DNA of 64,000 bases from an uncultured Clostridia bacterium (GTDB lineage: Bacteria > Bacillota > Clostridia > TANB77 > UBA1234): contig CAKPOE010000003.1 in the NCBI GenBank assembly GCA_934169745.1, positions 16,087 to 80,086 on the forward strand, read 5' to 3'. The position numbers and the translations under genes are program-made. The notes below the pieces were generated by a model that saw only the letters and a list, made by a program, of their open reading frames with translations, was not told the origin of the DNA and made no database searches. Shown one piece after another: positions 1-9,204 of the stretch (within the stretch, counting starts at the first letter, position 1; the number at the start of each line of letters is the position of its first letter).

Positions 1-182
1 TGTATCATGTGTAGCAATCGGTACAGGTAAAGCATTAGATGATGTTGAGATGCTTGAAAAACTTGACGCTCAAAGAAAAATTAAATATTAAAATGTTTAT
101 AATATAATCCTCTTTATATATTATATCTGTGAAAAGCCCACATACTTTAGTATGTGGGCTTTTCATTTGGTTCTTGAATTTA

Positions 183-1577
183 TTATAAAACTAAATCTTT
201 TCCAATTTTGTATACATCTCCAGCTCCAACTGTAAGCACTAAATCATTTTCTTTTACATTTTCTTTTAGATAGTCTTTTATTTTGTCAAAGCTGCCTAAA
301 TATGTGCAGTTGTTTGAAATTTCATTTATGGCTAAGGCTAACTTTTGAGAAGAAACAACACCAGTATCAATTTCCCTGGCTGCATATATATCTGCTAGTA
401 TAACTTCATCTGTCTCCTTAAAAGCATTTGAAAACTCATTGAAAAGAGTAGAGGTTCTGGAATATGTGTGAGGCTGAAAAATTACCCATAATTTATTATG
501 TGGCAAATTTTTAGCGGCTTCTATCGTAGCTTTTATTTCTGTTGGGTGATGTGCGTAATCATCATATACTTGAGCATTGTTGAAAGTTCCTGTATATTCA
601 AAACGTCTATGAGCGCCCGTAAAGTCTGCAAGAGCTTTTTGTATAATAAAAGGTTCAATGTTATAAAGCGAAGCTGTTGCTACAGCCGCTAGTGCGTTAT
701 AAACATTGTGCATGCCAAATACGCTTAAAGTAATGTCAATTGATAGAGAATCACTTGTAGCAGTAAAAGAATAATGTCCATTTGCATTTAAGTGAATATT
801 TTTCGCGGTCCAATTTGCTCTTTCGTTTTTGATACCAAATGTTATAACTTTTGATTTCATTTTTTCAATAATCTCATTACAATTTTGATTGTCTGCATTT
901 ATAATAATTTTGCCATCTTCAGGCACAAGTTCTGCGAATTTATAGAAAGCAGATTTTATATGATTTATGTCTCTATAATAGTCTAAATGGTCTTCCTCAA
1001 TGTTTAATATAATAGCAGTCTTAGGTGAAAACTTTAAGAAACTTTCTACATATTCACATGCTTCTACGATAAAGTATGGAGAATTACCAATCCTGTAATT
1101 AGTGCCATTAAGTTGTTTTAAGTCTGCACCAACTTGGATAGTTGGATCTTTTAAGGCTTCCATAAATATAAGTGAAATCATAGATGTAGTTGTACTTTTG
1201 CCATGAGTACCTGAAATAGCAATTGTTTCACTATATAATTTTGTTAATTCTCCAAGAAATTCAGATCTTTCAATGGTTGGAATGTTTAATTCTCTTGCTT
1301 TTGAAAGTTCAGGATTATCCGGTTTTATTGCAGCAGTATAAACGACAATACCAGCCCCAATAACATTTTCTGCACATTGACCATTGTACACTTTTATATT
1401 ATTTTTTTCTAATCTTTCAGTAATCTCTGATAAGTGAGAATCTGAACCAGTAACAGTATATCCCATGCTTAATAGTATCTCAGCAATACCGCTCATACTT
1501 ATGCCACCAATGCCAATCATATGTACGGGTTTAGCTTTATCCATTTCTTTTAGAAACATATATTTCCCTCCATTCAT
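183..1577 (-). CDS. murC: UDP-N-acetylmuramate--L-alanine ligase
   Basis: 464 aa. N-terminal GIGGISMSGIAEIL nucleotide-binding motif, GTHGKSTTTSM P-loop, Mur ligase middle and C-terminal domains recognisable throughout. Confidence 0.9.
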   Translation of the reverse strand: MNGGKYMFLKEMDKAKPVHMIGIGGISMSGIAEILLSMGYTVTGSDSHLSEITERLEKNNIKVYNGQCAENVIGAGIVVYTAAIKPDNPELSKARELNIPTIERSEFLGELTKLYSETIAISGTHGKSTTTSMISLIFMEALKDPTIQVGADLKQLNGTNYRIGNSPYFIVEACEYVESFLKFSPKTAIILNIEEDHLDYYRDINHIKSAFYKFAELVPEDGKIIINADNQNCNEIIEKMKSKVITFGIKNERANWTAKNIHLNANGHYSFTATSDSLSIDITLSVFGMHNVYNALAAVATASLYNIEPFIIQKALADFTGAHRRFEYTGTFNNAQVYDDYAHHPTEIKATIEAAKNLPHNKLWVIFQPHTYSRTSTLFNEFSNAFKETDEVILADIYAAREIDTGVVSSQKLALAINEISNNCTYLGSFDKIKDYLKENVKENDLVLTVGAGDVYKIGKDLVL

Positions 1578-1752
1578 AGCTAATTATACCCAAATAGATA
1601 AACTTTTACAATAGTATATGAAATTTTATAAATTTTGTGATTTTTTGAAAAATAGGCAGGAATAACCAAAAGTTTGTCGTAATATAATATTAGTTGGTGT
1701 ATTTGGGTTCACATTTACACTGACGCACATATATGAAAGGCGGTGCATTTTA

Positions 1753-2034
1753 ATGCAAATAACAGACGTAAGATTAAGAAAAGTAAATTCTGAGAACAGA
1801 ATGAAAGCAGTTGCTTCAGTAACATTTGATGATGCTTTTGTAGTACATGACATCAAGGTTATTGAAAGTGCAGATGAAACATTTATCGCTATGCCTAGCA
1901 GAAGAACTCCAAAGGGAGAGTTCAAAGATATAGCACATCCAATCAACTCTGAGACAAGAGAAATGATTCAAAAAGCTATATTAGAAGCTTATGCAAATGC
2001 TGAGGAACCAACAGCTGGAGCAGTTGAAGAATAA
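1753..2034 (+). CDS. spoVG: Septation protein SpoVG
   Basis: 93 aa. [11 protein letters not shown]...[20 protein letters not shown]...[21 protein letters not shown] is the typical SpoVG sequence. Confidence 0.9.
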   Translation: MQITDVRLRKVNSENRMKAVASVTFDDAFVVHDIKVIESADETFIAMPSRRTPKGEFKDIAHPINSETREMIQKAILEAYANAEEPTAGAVEE

Positions 2035-2036
2035 TA

Positions 2037-2072
2037 CAAAAAGAAGCCATGAAAATGGCTTCTTTTTTTGTG
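2037..2072 (+). terminator. Rho-independent terminator after spoVG
   Basis: GC-containing hairpin aagaagccatg...catggcttctt followed by a T-run (ttttttt). Confidence 0.6.
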
Positions 2073-2097
2073 TGAGAATTGAAGGACGAATACAAAT

Positions 2098-2165
2098 GAA
2101 CAATTTTCCGGCAGCCACTTTTTCGTTCATTTTTGAACGAAAAAGTGGCTGCCGGAAAATTGTTC
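2098..2165. repeat. 68-bp perfect palindrome (32-bp arms, 4-nt loop)
   Basis: gaacaattttccggcagccactttttcgttca / tttt / tgaacgaaaaagtggctgccggaaaattgttc. The arms are exact reverse complements. A T-run follows a few nt downstream. Confidence 0.75.
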
Positions 2166-2267
2166 ATTCAGTATTTTTTTTTGTGCAAAACCTTGATAAA
2201 AGTACTTGTCGAATTTAATTAGTTTGTGATATTATATATGTGATTACTAAGGAGAAGGAGATAAAAA

Positions 2268-4403
2268 GTGAAAAAAGTTATATTTGTGTTAGTTTTTGTA
2301 CTTTCCTTATATTCCGCTACCTTTGCAAGCAATATGAACTTGGAATATGATGGTGAAAAGCATATATATAATGGACCTGATGTTAAATTAATATTAAATG
2401 GAGAAACTTTTGTGCCAAGTCAAGGGCAAATGCCACCAGTTATTATAGAAGACAGAACTTTGGTGCCTGTTAGAGAAGTTTTTGAAAAGCTTGGTGGAAA
2501 TGTTTTGTGGGACGGAGAAGAGCGTAGTGTGGAAGTTACATTTGGTGCCAAAGTGATAAAGCTTTGGCTTGATAGCACAAGTGCAATTGTTGACGGAGAG
2601 CAAAAGACTTTAGATGTTCCGGGAAAATTAATAAATGAAAAAACGATGGTTCCAGTACGTTTCATTTCGGAAAATGCAGGTCTTGATGTGGGATGGGATG
2701 GAGCGACTTCGACAGTTACTATAACTAAAAAAAATGAGCGTGATTTTGTAAATATAAATTCTGTGGAGTATAAAGAAATAAATGGTGTAAAGGTTATCTG
2801 CGTTTCTTTAGATAAGAAAGCCAAGTACAACTTTTTTTCGCTTTCTGAACCAGATAGAATAATATTAGATATAGAAAATAGTGAATTTAAAATCAATCGC
2901 GACCCATTAACTTTTAAAGACAATGAGTTGTTTTCACAGGTACGTTTTGGCGTTCAGGAAAACAATGTGAATAGGCTAGTAATAGATATGAATAAAGTAT
3001 CAAAATATACGGTAAAAGAAAATGAAGATGGTCAAGAAATATATATAGCATTTTCGGAAGCTTTTGATATCACACCATCGAAACCGGATGAGCCATCAAA
3101 TCCTACTCCTAATGAGCCGACAGATGTAAAACCGGATGATAATAATACAAATGAATCAGAACCAAATGATGGACCAGAAGAGCCACCTATAAGTGATGAT
3201 GATAAGAAAGATGTAGAAATAATCTCAAGTATCACTGCAGTGAAATATAGTACGGCTTCTGAAAAATTGAGGATTATTCTTGATGGAAAGTTTGAATATG
3301 AACTTACAACACTTGAAAATCCGAAGAGAATAGTGTTAGATTTTACAAATGCTGATTTGAAGGTTGATGGACCTACAACAATAAACTTAAAGAACAAACC
3401 AATTTCAACAATAGAATCTGAGAGCAACGAAAATGGTACTGCAAGAGTCATTCTAAATATTTCCGAAAATGCTACATACGAAATTTCAAAGAAAACATCA
3501 GAACTTCAAGTGAAAGTTGAAGAGCCTGCATATAGGAATGTTGAATATACAAATGTAGACGAATACGCAGAGATAGTTTTAAGAAATGTGGAGTTAGCTA
3601 AACTTACGAGAACACAGAGTAAGAATACCAAGAAATATACGATTAAGTATTCTAGTTCGGCTTTTGATTGTGGAACAGGTACTCTTGATATTAACGATGA
3701 GTTTGTTAAAAAAATCGCTATTACAAAAACAAAAATAACAGTAACCGATAAAGGAAATATGCGTTATTCTGCTAAACAAGTAGAAGATGACGTAATTATT
3801 AAAATTGAGAAAGTTGATACGTCAGGTATGAAAACGATTCTTTTAGATGCTGGTCATGGTGGAGATGACCCTGGTTCTAAGAATGGTACTAATTATGAGA
3901 GAACGTATAATTTAAAAATATTATTAAAACTGAAGGAAATACTTGAAGATGAAGGATATACAGTATATACTACAAGAGAAAGTGATAAGACTTTAACAGT
4001 TGATGATAGAGTTTCATTGGCTACTGAGGATTATCCGGAAGCAGCATTATATATTTCTATACATCATAATTCGGTTGATGACAAAAAAGCTTCTGGTACG
4101 TTAGTAATGTATTGTGACAGAGATACCTCTGATTATGGGATTACGAACAAAGAGTTTGCAGGATATGTACTAGAAGAATTGGTTGACAATTTAGGTACAA
4201 TAAACAGAGGATTTATAAAAGTGTCGCAAGATAATACTACTAAAAGAGTATTGACAGAAGTTCCAATGCCATCAATAATATGCGAAGTGGCATTCATGTC
4301 AAATGATGAAGAGTTTGCCAGAATAAAAACTGATGAATTTCAAAGTAGAGCAGCAGAGGCGATATTTAATGGAATAGAAAAAGCATTAAGGAAAATGGAT
4401 TAG
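2268..4403 (+). CDS. N-acetylmuramoyl-L-alanine amidase (Amidase_3/CwlD-type) with N-terminal copper-amine-oxidase-like stalk repeats and AMIN domains
   Basis: 711 aa. Signal peptide; Cu-amine-oxidase-N-like repeat region; C-terminal LLDAGHGGDDPGS...YISIHHNS amidase_3 core. Confidence 0.8.
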   Translation: MKKVIFVLVFVLSLYSATFASNMNLEYDGEKHIYNGPDVKLILNGETFVPSQGQMPPVIIEDRTLVPVREVFEKLGGNVLWDGEERSVEVTFGAKVIKLWLDSTSAIVDGEQKTLDVPGKLINEKTMVPVRFISENAGLDVGWDGATSTVTITKKNERDFVNINSVEYKEINGVKVICVSLDKKAKYNFFSLSEPDRIILDIENSEFKINRDPLTFKDNELFSQVRFGVQENNVNRLVIDMNKVSKYTVKENEDGQEIYIAFSEAFDITPSKPDEPSNPTPNEPTDVKPDDNNTNESEPNDGPEEPPISDDDKKDVEIISSITAVKYSTASEKLRIILDGKFEYELTTLENPKRIVLDFTNADLKVDGPTTINLKNKPISTIESESNENGTARVILNISENATYEISKKTSELQVKVEEPAYRNVEYTNVDEYAEIVLRNVELAKLTRTQSKNTKKYTIKYSSSAFDCGTGTLDINDEFVKKIAITKTKITVTDKGNMRYSAKQVEDDVIIKIEKVDTSGMKTILLDAGHGGDDPGSKNGTNYERTYNLKILLKLKEILEDEGYTVYTTRESDKTLTVDDRVSLATEDYPEAALYISIHHNSVDDKKASGTLVMYCDRDTSDYGITNKEFAGYVLEELVDNLGTINRGFIKVSQDNTTKRVLTEVPMPSIICEVAFMSNDEEFARIKTDEFQSRAAEAIFNGIEKALRKMD

Positions 4404-4416
4404 AAAGGAGAACAAA

Positions 4417-4833
4417 ATGGATAACAACATTTCAAAAGGATTATTTGGGTTGAACCCAAAAGAAGTAGAAACTTACATTGAGGATTTAAAGCAGGGGTAT
4501 GAAGAAGAGTTGGCAAGACAAAATTCTGAATTACAGTCAATGAAAGCAGAAAACATAAAGTTGAATGAAAGATTGAATCAATTTTTGAACGATAAAAGAG
4601 AAATCGAGACTGCCAAGCAGAACATTTCAGCTGTGTTGTTTAAAGCAGAAGAACAAGCAAAACAAATTGTTGAAGATGCAAAGGCAAAAGCTGTTGAAGA
4701 GAAGCAAGATTTAGATGCATTGTTAGAGCAAGAGAAAGAGAAACTAATAGATGCAAAGTTGGAACTTGCAATGCTTAAGGATAAAGCAAAAGAAGTTATG
4801 ATGAAGTTCTCAGACGATATAACAAACTTATAA
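4417..4833 (+). CDS. DivIVA-domain protein (GpsB/DivIVA-like coiled coil)
   Basis: 138 aa. N-terminal FGLNPKEVETYIEDLKQGYEE DivIVA motif followed by a long heptad-rich coiled coil. Confidence 0.6.
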   Translation: MDNNISKGLFGLNPKEVETYIEDLKQGYEEELARQNSELQSMKAENIKLNERLNQFLNDKREIETAKQNISAVLFKAEEQAKQIVEDAKAKAVEEKQDLDALLEQEKEKLIDAKLELAMLKDKAKEVMMKFSDDITNL

Positions 4834-4847
4834 GTAATAATGTGGTA

Positions 4848-4881
4848 AATCACCTAATATATTTCTATTAGGTGATTTATT
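4848..4881 (+). terminator. Terminator hairpin
   Basis: aaatcacctaat...attaggtgattt stem followed by ttttg. Confidence 0.5.
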
Positions 4882-5955
4882 TTGATTAGGATAAAAGTGT
4901 TTTCTTTGCGTGGTCTTATAATAAGGTTCATATTATCAGCTCTTCTTATAGCAGCTGTTTTTTTGGCTATGGTTGGGATGTCATATATATATAGATTAAA
5001 TTCTAAAGAAATTGAAAAAAGAATAATTGACAGTACAATGTTAACACATAGAGATAGCAACAGTAATGCAAATGATGTTAATTTCTTAAAGTCAGAACTA
5101 AGAGTCTTGGGTGTTGTTGACATAGATGATGAAACAGAAAAAAATGAGGAGAGTTTACCTGATAATAACATGGAAGAAGACAGTTCATCTGTCTATAGTT
5201 TTTATGCCCAAAAACTTTCTGATAGTAAATACAAAGTGGGTTCAGTATATATAAATAGTTATTTAAAGCAAGAGATTGATCTGGGTGAATTATCAAAGCC
5301 TCTTAATGTGAGTGTGTCGAAACCATGTAAAGTTCTAATATATCATACACATACATCTGAAAGCTATACACTTGATAAGAAAGAATATACAGATTATTAT
5401 AGAACAGAGAATAACAAATACAATGTTGTTGCGGTTGGTGAAAAATTAGCTGAGAATTTGAAAAAATACGGATTTTCTGTAGTTCAGGATAAGACGCAGC
5501 ACGATTATCCTTCATATAATGGAGCATATAAAGCTTCTCTTGCAACAGTAGAAAAACATTTGAAAAATGAAAAATATGATATAATATTTGATATACATAG
5601 AGATGCATTATCGGGTAATTCAAAATTTAGACCGACAGCACAAATAAATGGGGAAACAGCTGCAAAACTTATGATAGTAGTTGGAACGAATGATGCCGGA
5701 TTAGAACATGATAATTGGATGCAAAATTTAAAGTTTGCAATAGCCATTCAAGAAAAAGCGAACGAGATGTATCCGGGACTTTTTAGAGATATGCATTTAA
5801 GTACCTCGAGATATAATCAACATACAACAGATAAAACTTTGATTATAGAAGTTGGTGCGACCGGAAATACGATGGCAGAAACTGAAATTTCGATGAAATA
5901 TTTTGCAAAGGTTTTAAATGAAGTTGTAGGTGCAGGCGTTGGCGCCTGCCCCTAA
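4882..5955 (+). CDS. spoIIP: Stage II sporulation protein P
   Basis: 357 aa. N-terminal TM; KVLIYHTHTSESYT and IIFDIHRDA motifs characteristic of SpoIIP. Confidence 0.85.
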   Translation: MIRIKVFSLRGLIIRFILSALLIAAVFLAMVGMSYIYRLNSKEIEKRIIDSTMLTHRDSNSNANDVNFLKSELRVLGVVDIDDETEKNEESLPDNNMEEDSSSVYSFYAQKLSDSKYKVGSVYINSYLKQEIDLGELSKPLNVSVSKPCKVLIYHTHTSESYTLDKKEYTDYYRTENNKYNVVAVGEKLAENLKKYGFSVVQDKTQHDYPSYNGAYKASLATVEKHLKNEKYDIIFDIHRDALSGNSKFRPTAQINGETAAKLMIVVGTNDAGLEHDNWMQNLKFAIAIQEKANEMYPGLFRDMHLSTSRYNQHTTDKTLIIEVGATGNTMAETEISMKYFAKVLNEVVGAGVGACP

Positions 5956-5958
5956 TAA

Positions 5959-6324
5959 TTACATTTGTTTTCCAGGAATAAATGAAGCTACTATTCCATA
6001 TATTATTGCTCCGATAATTGCAGATACCCAATTTATTGAATATCCAACAACAAAGAATTGCGTTACATATAAAATTATTGCTGCAACAACAAATCCTGTT
6101 ATTCCTTTACCAAATGGTCCTACGTTAACTCCTAAGACAAGATTTACTAAATAATCTATTACAGTTAGAACAACAGCTGATAGTGCTAATGTCCAAATAG
6201 ATGATATTTGAAATCCTGGAGTGAAAAATGCAGTTATTCCGAGAACTACAGCAGAAGTTACAAATCTGGCTATAATTCCTCCTATAGATAACGATGTGTC
6301 AGATGAGCGAGTATTACTAGGCAT
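5959..6324 (-). CDS. Small 4-TM membrane protein, YvlD/phage-holin-4 superfamily-like
   Basis: 121 aa. Four hydrophobic helices, glycine-rich; resembles the widespread YvlD/DUF360 family. Confidence 0.5.
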   Translation of the reverse strand: MPSNTRSSDTSLSIGGIIARFVTSAVVLGITAFFTPGFQISSIWTLALSAVVLTVIDYLVNLVLGVNVGPFGKGITGFVVAAIILYVTQFFVVGYSINWVSAIIGAIIYGIVASFIPGKQM

Positions 6325-6435
6325 AAAATATTCCTCCTTTTTAATTTATAGTGTTAACAATAAATTTTCAAATATGCAAAATCTTGCATATTTTTTTTAT
6401 TCATTGAAAAAATATGTTTAAAAGGAGAGAAGTAA

Positions 6436-7110
6436 ATGGGAGCTATATTTGTACGTGCATTAATTTTGTATATTATTGTTTTAATCGCCATAAGATTAAT
6501 GGGAAAGCGAGAGATAGGACAATTGCAGCCATTTGAACTTGTGGTGACAATTATGATTGCAGACTTAGCAAGTGTCCCAATGCAAGACATTGGAATTCCA
6601 TTGCTACATGGTATTATTCCGATACTTGCTTTGTTAGTTGGACAATTGATATTATCAATGATAAATATTAAAAGTGGAGTTGCAAGACGTATTATATCTG
6701 GTAAGCCGACAGTTTTGATTTCTAACGGAAAGATTATCGAAAAAAAGCTGAAGGCACAAAAATATACTATGGATGGTCTACTAGAACAGCTTAGAGTTTC
6801 AGGGTATACAAATATTGCGGATGTTGAGTATGCAATCTTGGAAACAAGTGGCGAAATAAGTATCATTCCTAAAACTGAGAGTCTGCCCGCAACAAAAAAA
6901 GATATGAATATAAAAACGGAAAAGGCTGGATACTTCAGACCTGTTGTAATTGACGGTTCATATATTGAAGGAAATATAGAAGATTTAAAAATATCAAAAG
7001 AACGAGTTGATGGTATATTAAAAAATAATAAGTTGAGTTTAGAAGATACCTTTTTATTTCTTAAAGATGAAAATGGGAAAACTTATATTCAGAAAAAGGA
7101 GAATGATTAA
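6436..7110 (+). CDS. DUF421 (YetF/YrbG-like) membrane protein
   Basis: 224 aa. N-terminal LMGKREIGQLQPFELVVTIMIADLA motif typical of DUF421. Confidence 0.7.
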   Translation: MGAIFVRALILYIIVLIAIRLMGKREIGQLQPFELVVTIMIADLASVPMQDIGIPLLHGIIPILALLVGQLILSMINIKSGVARRIISGKPTVLISNGKIIEKKLKAQKYTMDGLLEQLRVSGYTNIADVEYAILETSGEISIIPKTESLPATKKDMNIKTEKAGYFRPVVIDGSYIEGNIEDLKISKERVDGILKNNKLSLEDTFLFLKDENGKTYIQKKEND

Positions 7111-7487
7111 TGCGAGACATAATAATTGTTCTGGTAATAACATTAGCTGTCTTTGGCGGGAGCTTTGCGGTAGATAAGAAGCTAGAAGATAGTGGCAAAG
7201 AATTAATAAATAAACTTGAGATTGTACAGCAAGAGGTTGAAAGCAAAGATATGTATGATATGGCTGGTTTGAAAGCATTCAAAAAAGAATGGGATGCTTC
7301 TAAGGACATGCTAAACAGATTAACAAATCATCAGAGTGTAGATGAGATTGATATTGAACTTAACAAACTTTTTAAAAATTATGAATTAATGGACGAAACA
7401 GAAGCGCTCATGAATATAATTGAAATAAAGACAATGCTAGATGATATGCATAAAGGAGAAAGTTTCACATTAACAAATATATTATAG
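7110..7487 (+). CDS. DUF4363-like small protein (usual partner of DUF421)
   Basis: 125 aa. Start overlaps the DUF421 gene stop. Single N-terminal TM. A DUF421-DUF4363 pair is a common Firmicute arrangement. Confidence 0.5.
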   Translation: MRDIIIVLVITLAVFGGSFAVDKKLEDSGKELINKLEIVQQEVESKDMYDMAGLKAFKKEWDASKDMLNRLTNHQSVDEIDIELNKLFKNYELMDETEALMNIIEIKTMLDDMHKGESFTLTNIL

Positions 7488-7528
7488 TGAATTATTGGAT
7501 GTTATGATATAATTGTTTTGTAAAGGAG

Positions 7529-8389
7529 TTGTATATGAAAAAGAAAACAAGGATTATATTTATAACATTTATATTGTTAGTTTTAGTACTTTTTGTTCAA
7601 TTATATATTGATGCTAATTGGGTAGAAACTTCTTATTATGATGTTTATTCTGATAAGATAGGAAGTGCATTTGATGGAACAAGAATACTTCAGTTATCTG
7701 ATTTGCATAGTAAGGAGTTTGGAAAAGATAGTATAAGACTTATAAATAAAATTAATGAGGTTAATCCAGATATAATATTAATTACCGGCGATATGGTGAA
7801 TGCCTCTGACAAAGATTTTAGTACATTCTTAAACCTAGCACAAAGCATTGCTAGTAGATATGAATGTTATTATATTGTTGGAAATCACGAACTTGATTTG
7901 AGTAATGAAGATTATAATAATATAATGAACTCGTTAAAAAGTTATGGTATTACAATTTTAGATAATGAAAAAGTAGAACTTACGAGAGACGATGAAAAGA
8001 TTAATTTGTATGGTATGTGGTACAATATAAGGTTTTATATGGGTAAAGAAATGTTAACAGCAAACATTATAAAAACAATAATAGGAGAGGATGACGCTGA
8101 AAATTTTGATATATTATTAACGCATAATCCGAGGTATTTTGAGGCATATAATGATTGGGGAGCTGACCTTGTTCTATCTGGACATGTACATGGCGGAATG
8201 GTTAGATTGCCATTTGTTGGTCCCGTTTTTGCGCCAGAAAGAACATTGTTTCCTAAATATAGTGAGGGAGAATATAAAAATGGCAACTCATCAATGATTG
8301 TAAGTAGAGGGCTTGGCCGAGGAACAAACGGTTTTAGACTCTTTAATAGGCCGGAGGTCGGAATAATTGTGTTGCATAGTGAAAGTTAA
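7529..8389 (+). CDS. Metallophosphoesterase (calcineurin-like, YkuE-type)
   Basis: 286 aa. N-terminal TM; GDMV...GNHE...GHVHGG phosphoesterase motifs. Confidence 0.75.
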   Translation: MYMKKKTRIIFITFILLVLVLFVQLYIDANWVETSYYDVYSDKIGSAFDGTRILQLSDLHSKEFGKDSIRLINKINEVNPDIILITGDMVNASDKDFSTFLNLAQSIASRYECYYIVGNHELDLSNEDYNNIMNSLKSYGITILDNEKVELTRDDEKINLYGMWYNIRFYMGKEMLTANIIKTIIGEDDAENFDILLTHNPRYFEAYNDWGADLVLSGHVHGGMVRLPFVGPVFAPERTLFPKYSEGEYKNGNSSMIVSRGLGRGTNGFRLFNRPEVGIIVLHSES

Positions 8390-8394
8390 GTCAA

Positions 8395-8427
8395 AGAAGC
8401 TCGCACAAATTGTGCGAGCTTCTTTAG
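8395..8427. terminator. Bidirectional terminator between convergent genes
   Basis: aagaagctcgcacaaattgtgcgagcttcttt is a near-perfect hairpin, T-rich on both sides. Confidence 0.6.
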
Positions 8428-8429
8428 CG

Positions 8430-9011
8430 TTAATCATTCTTAAACAACTTGAAAAACCAGGACTTATTGTCGTCATCACCATCATCAATGTCATCATCGT
8501 CATAAGTATCGGCATTATCATCATCGTATTCATATTCTTCGGCAGCGATGAGTTCCTCCGGCGAAAGCTTCGTGCGACTTTCATCGATTTTGAAGACGTG
8601 GACAGGAAACGTCACGACATTTGAGTATTGCTTTTCAATAGTGTATCCCTGCTCTTCGAAGTATTTACGGTTAGCATCGGTGATGTAGGAAGGATAGGTA
8701 AACACTGGATCGCAATCATCATCGTGAAGAACATCATTGAGACATTCTTCAATTTCAATCCGTTGAGCATTGGAATTGATAAAGGCATATGCCATATAAA
8801 TACCATCGTCATCAACAACTACCGTAAGGAGAGGGTTATTCTCTTGAAGTTTTTGCATAACTTCAGGGAAGATATATCCATCATGGATGTAAACGGGGTG
8901 AACATCCTTACCAGTAGCGCGGAGAAGCGCAGTTGTCATTTTGTTTAAGCGCTCCTGGATGAAGTCGTACTGTTTCCTGAGAAGTCGGATTTTAATGTCT
9001 TTTGCCAACAT
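8430..9011 (-). CDS. Hypothetical protein with poly-acidic (D/E-rich) C-terminal tail; elevated GC
   Basis: 193 aa. Good RBS (aaggagg). C-terminal DDDNADTYDDDDIDDGDDD. GC about 42% against about 28% background. Confidence 0.5.
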   Translation of the reverse strand: MLAKDIKIRLLRKQYDFIQERLNKMTTALLRATGKDVHPVYIHDGYIFPEVMQKLQENNPLLTVVVDDDGIYMAYAFINSNAQRIEIEECLNDVLHDDDCDPVFTYPSYITDANRKYFEEQGYTIEKQYSNVVTFPVHVFKIDESRTKLSPEELIAAEEYEYDDDNADTYDDDDIDDGDDDNKSWFFKLFKND

Positions 9012-9204
9012 GGTTTTTCCTCCTTAATTGTGGTAGAGTTAGAAAACATTAGTTACAGCTTTGGATTATATTATAAATTTGAACTTTTGTAAATGGGTTA
9101 TGTAAAATTTGCAAATTTTCTAGGGTTTACAAATCGACTTTTTTTGTGTAAAATGTATATACGCCGATAAAAAGCTTGAAAAAAGTCGAGTTTAGGAGGA
9201 AAAG

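Noticed and set aside
498-692. Many short ORFs in the six-frame track that overlap well-supported genes on the opposite strand or in other frames (for example 498-692, 1626-1946, 2420-2923, 3032-3451, 6354-6866, 11386-11727, 17331-17849, 43594-43965, 52621-52994, 55365-55708).
   Set aside because: AT-rich genomes generate long spurious ORFs. These lack RBSs, lie antisense to genes with clear family signatures, and have low-complexity compositions.
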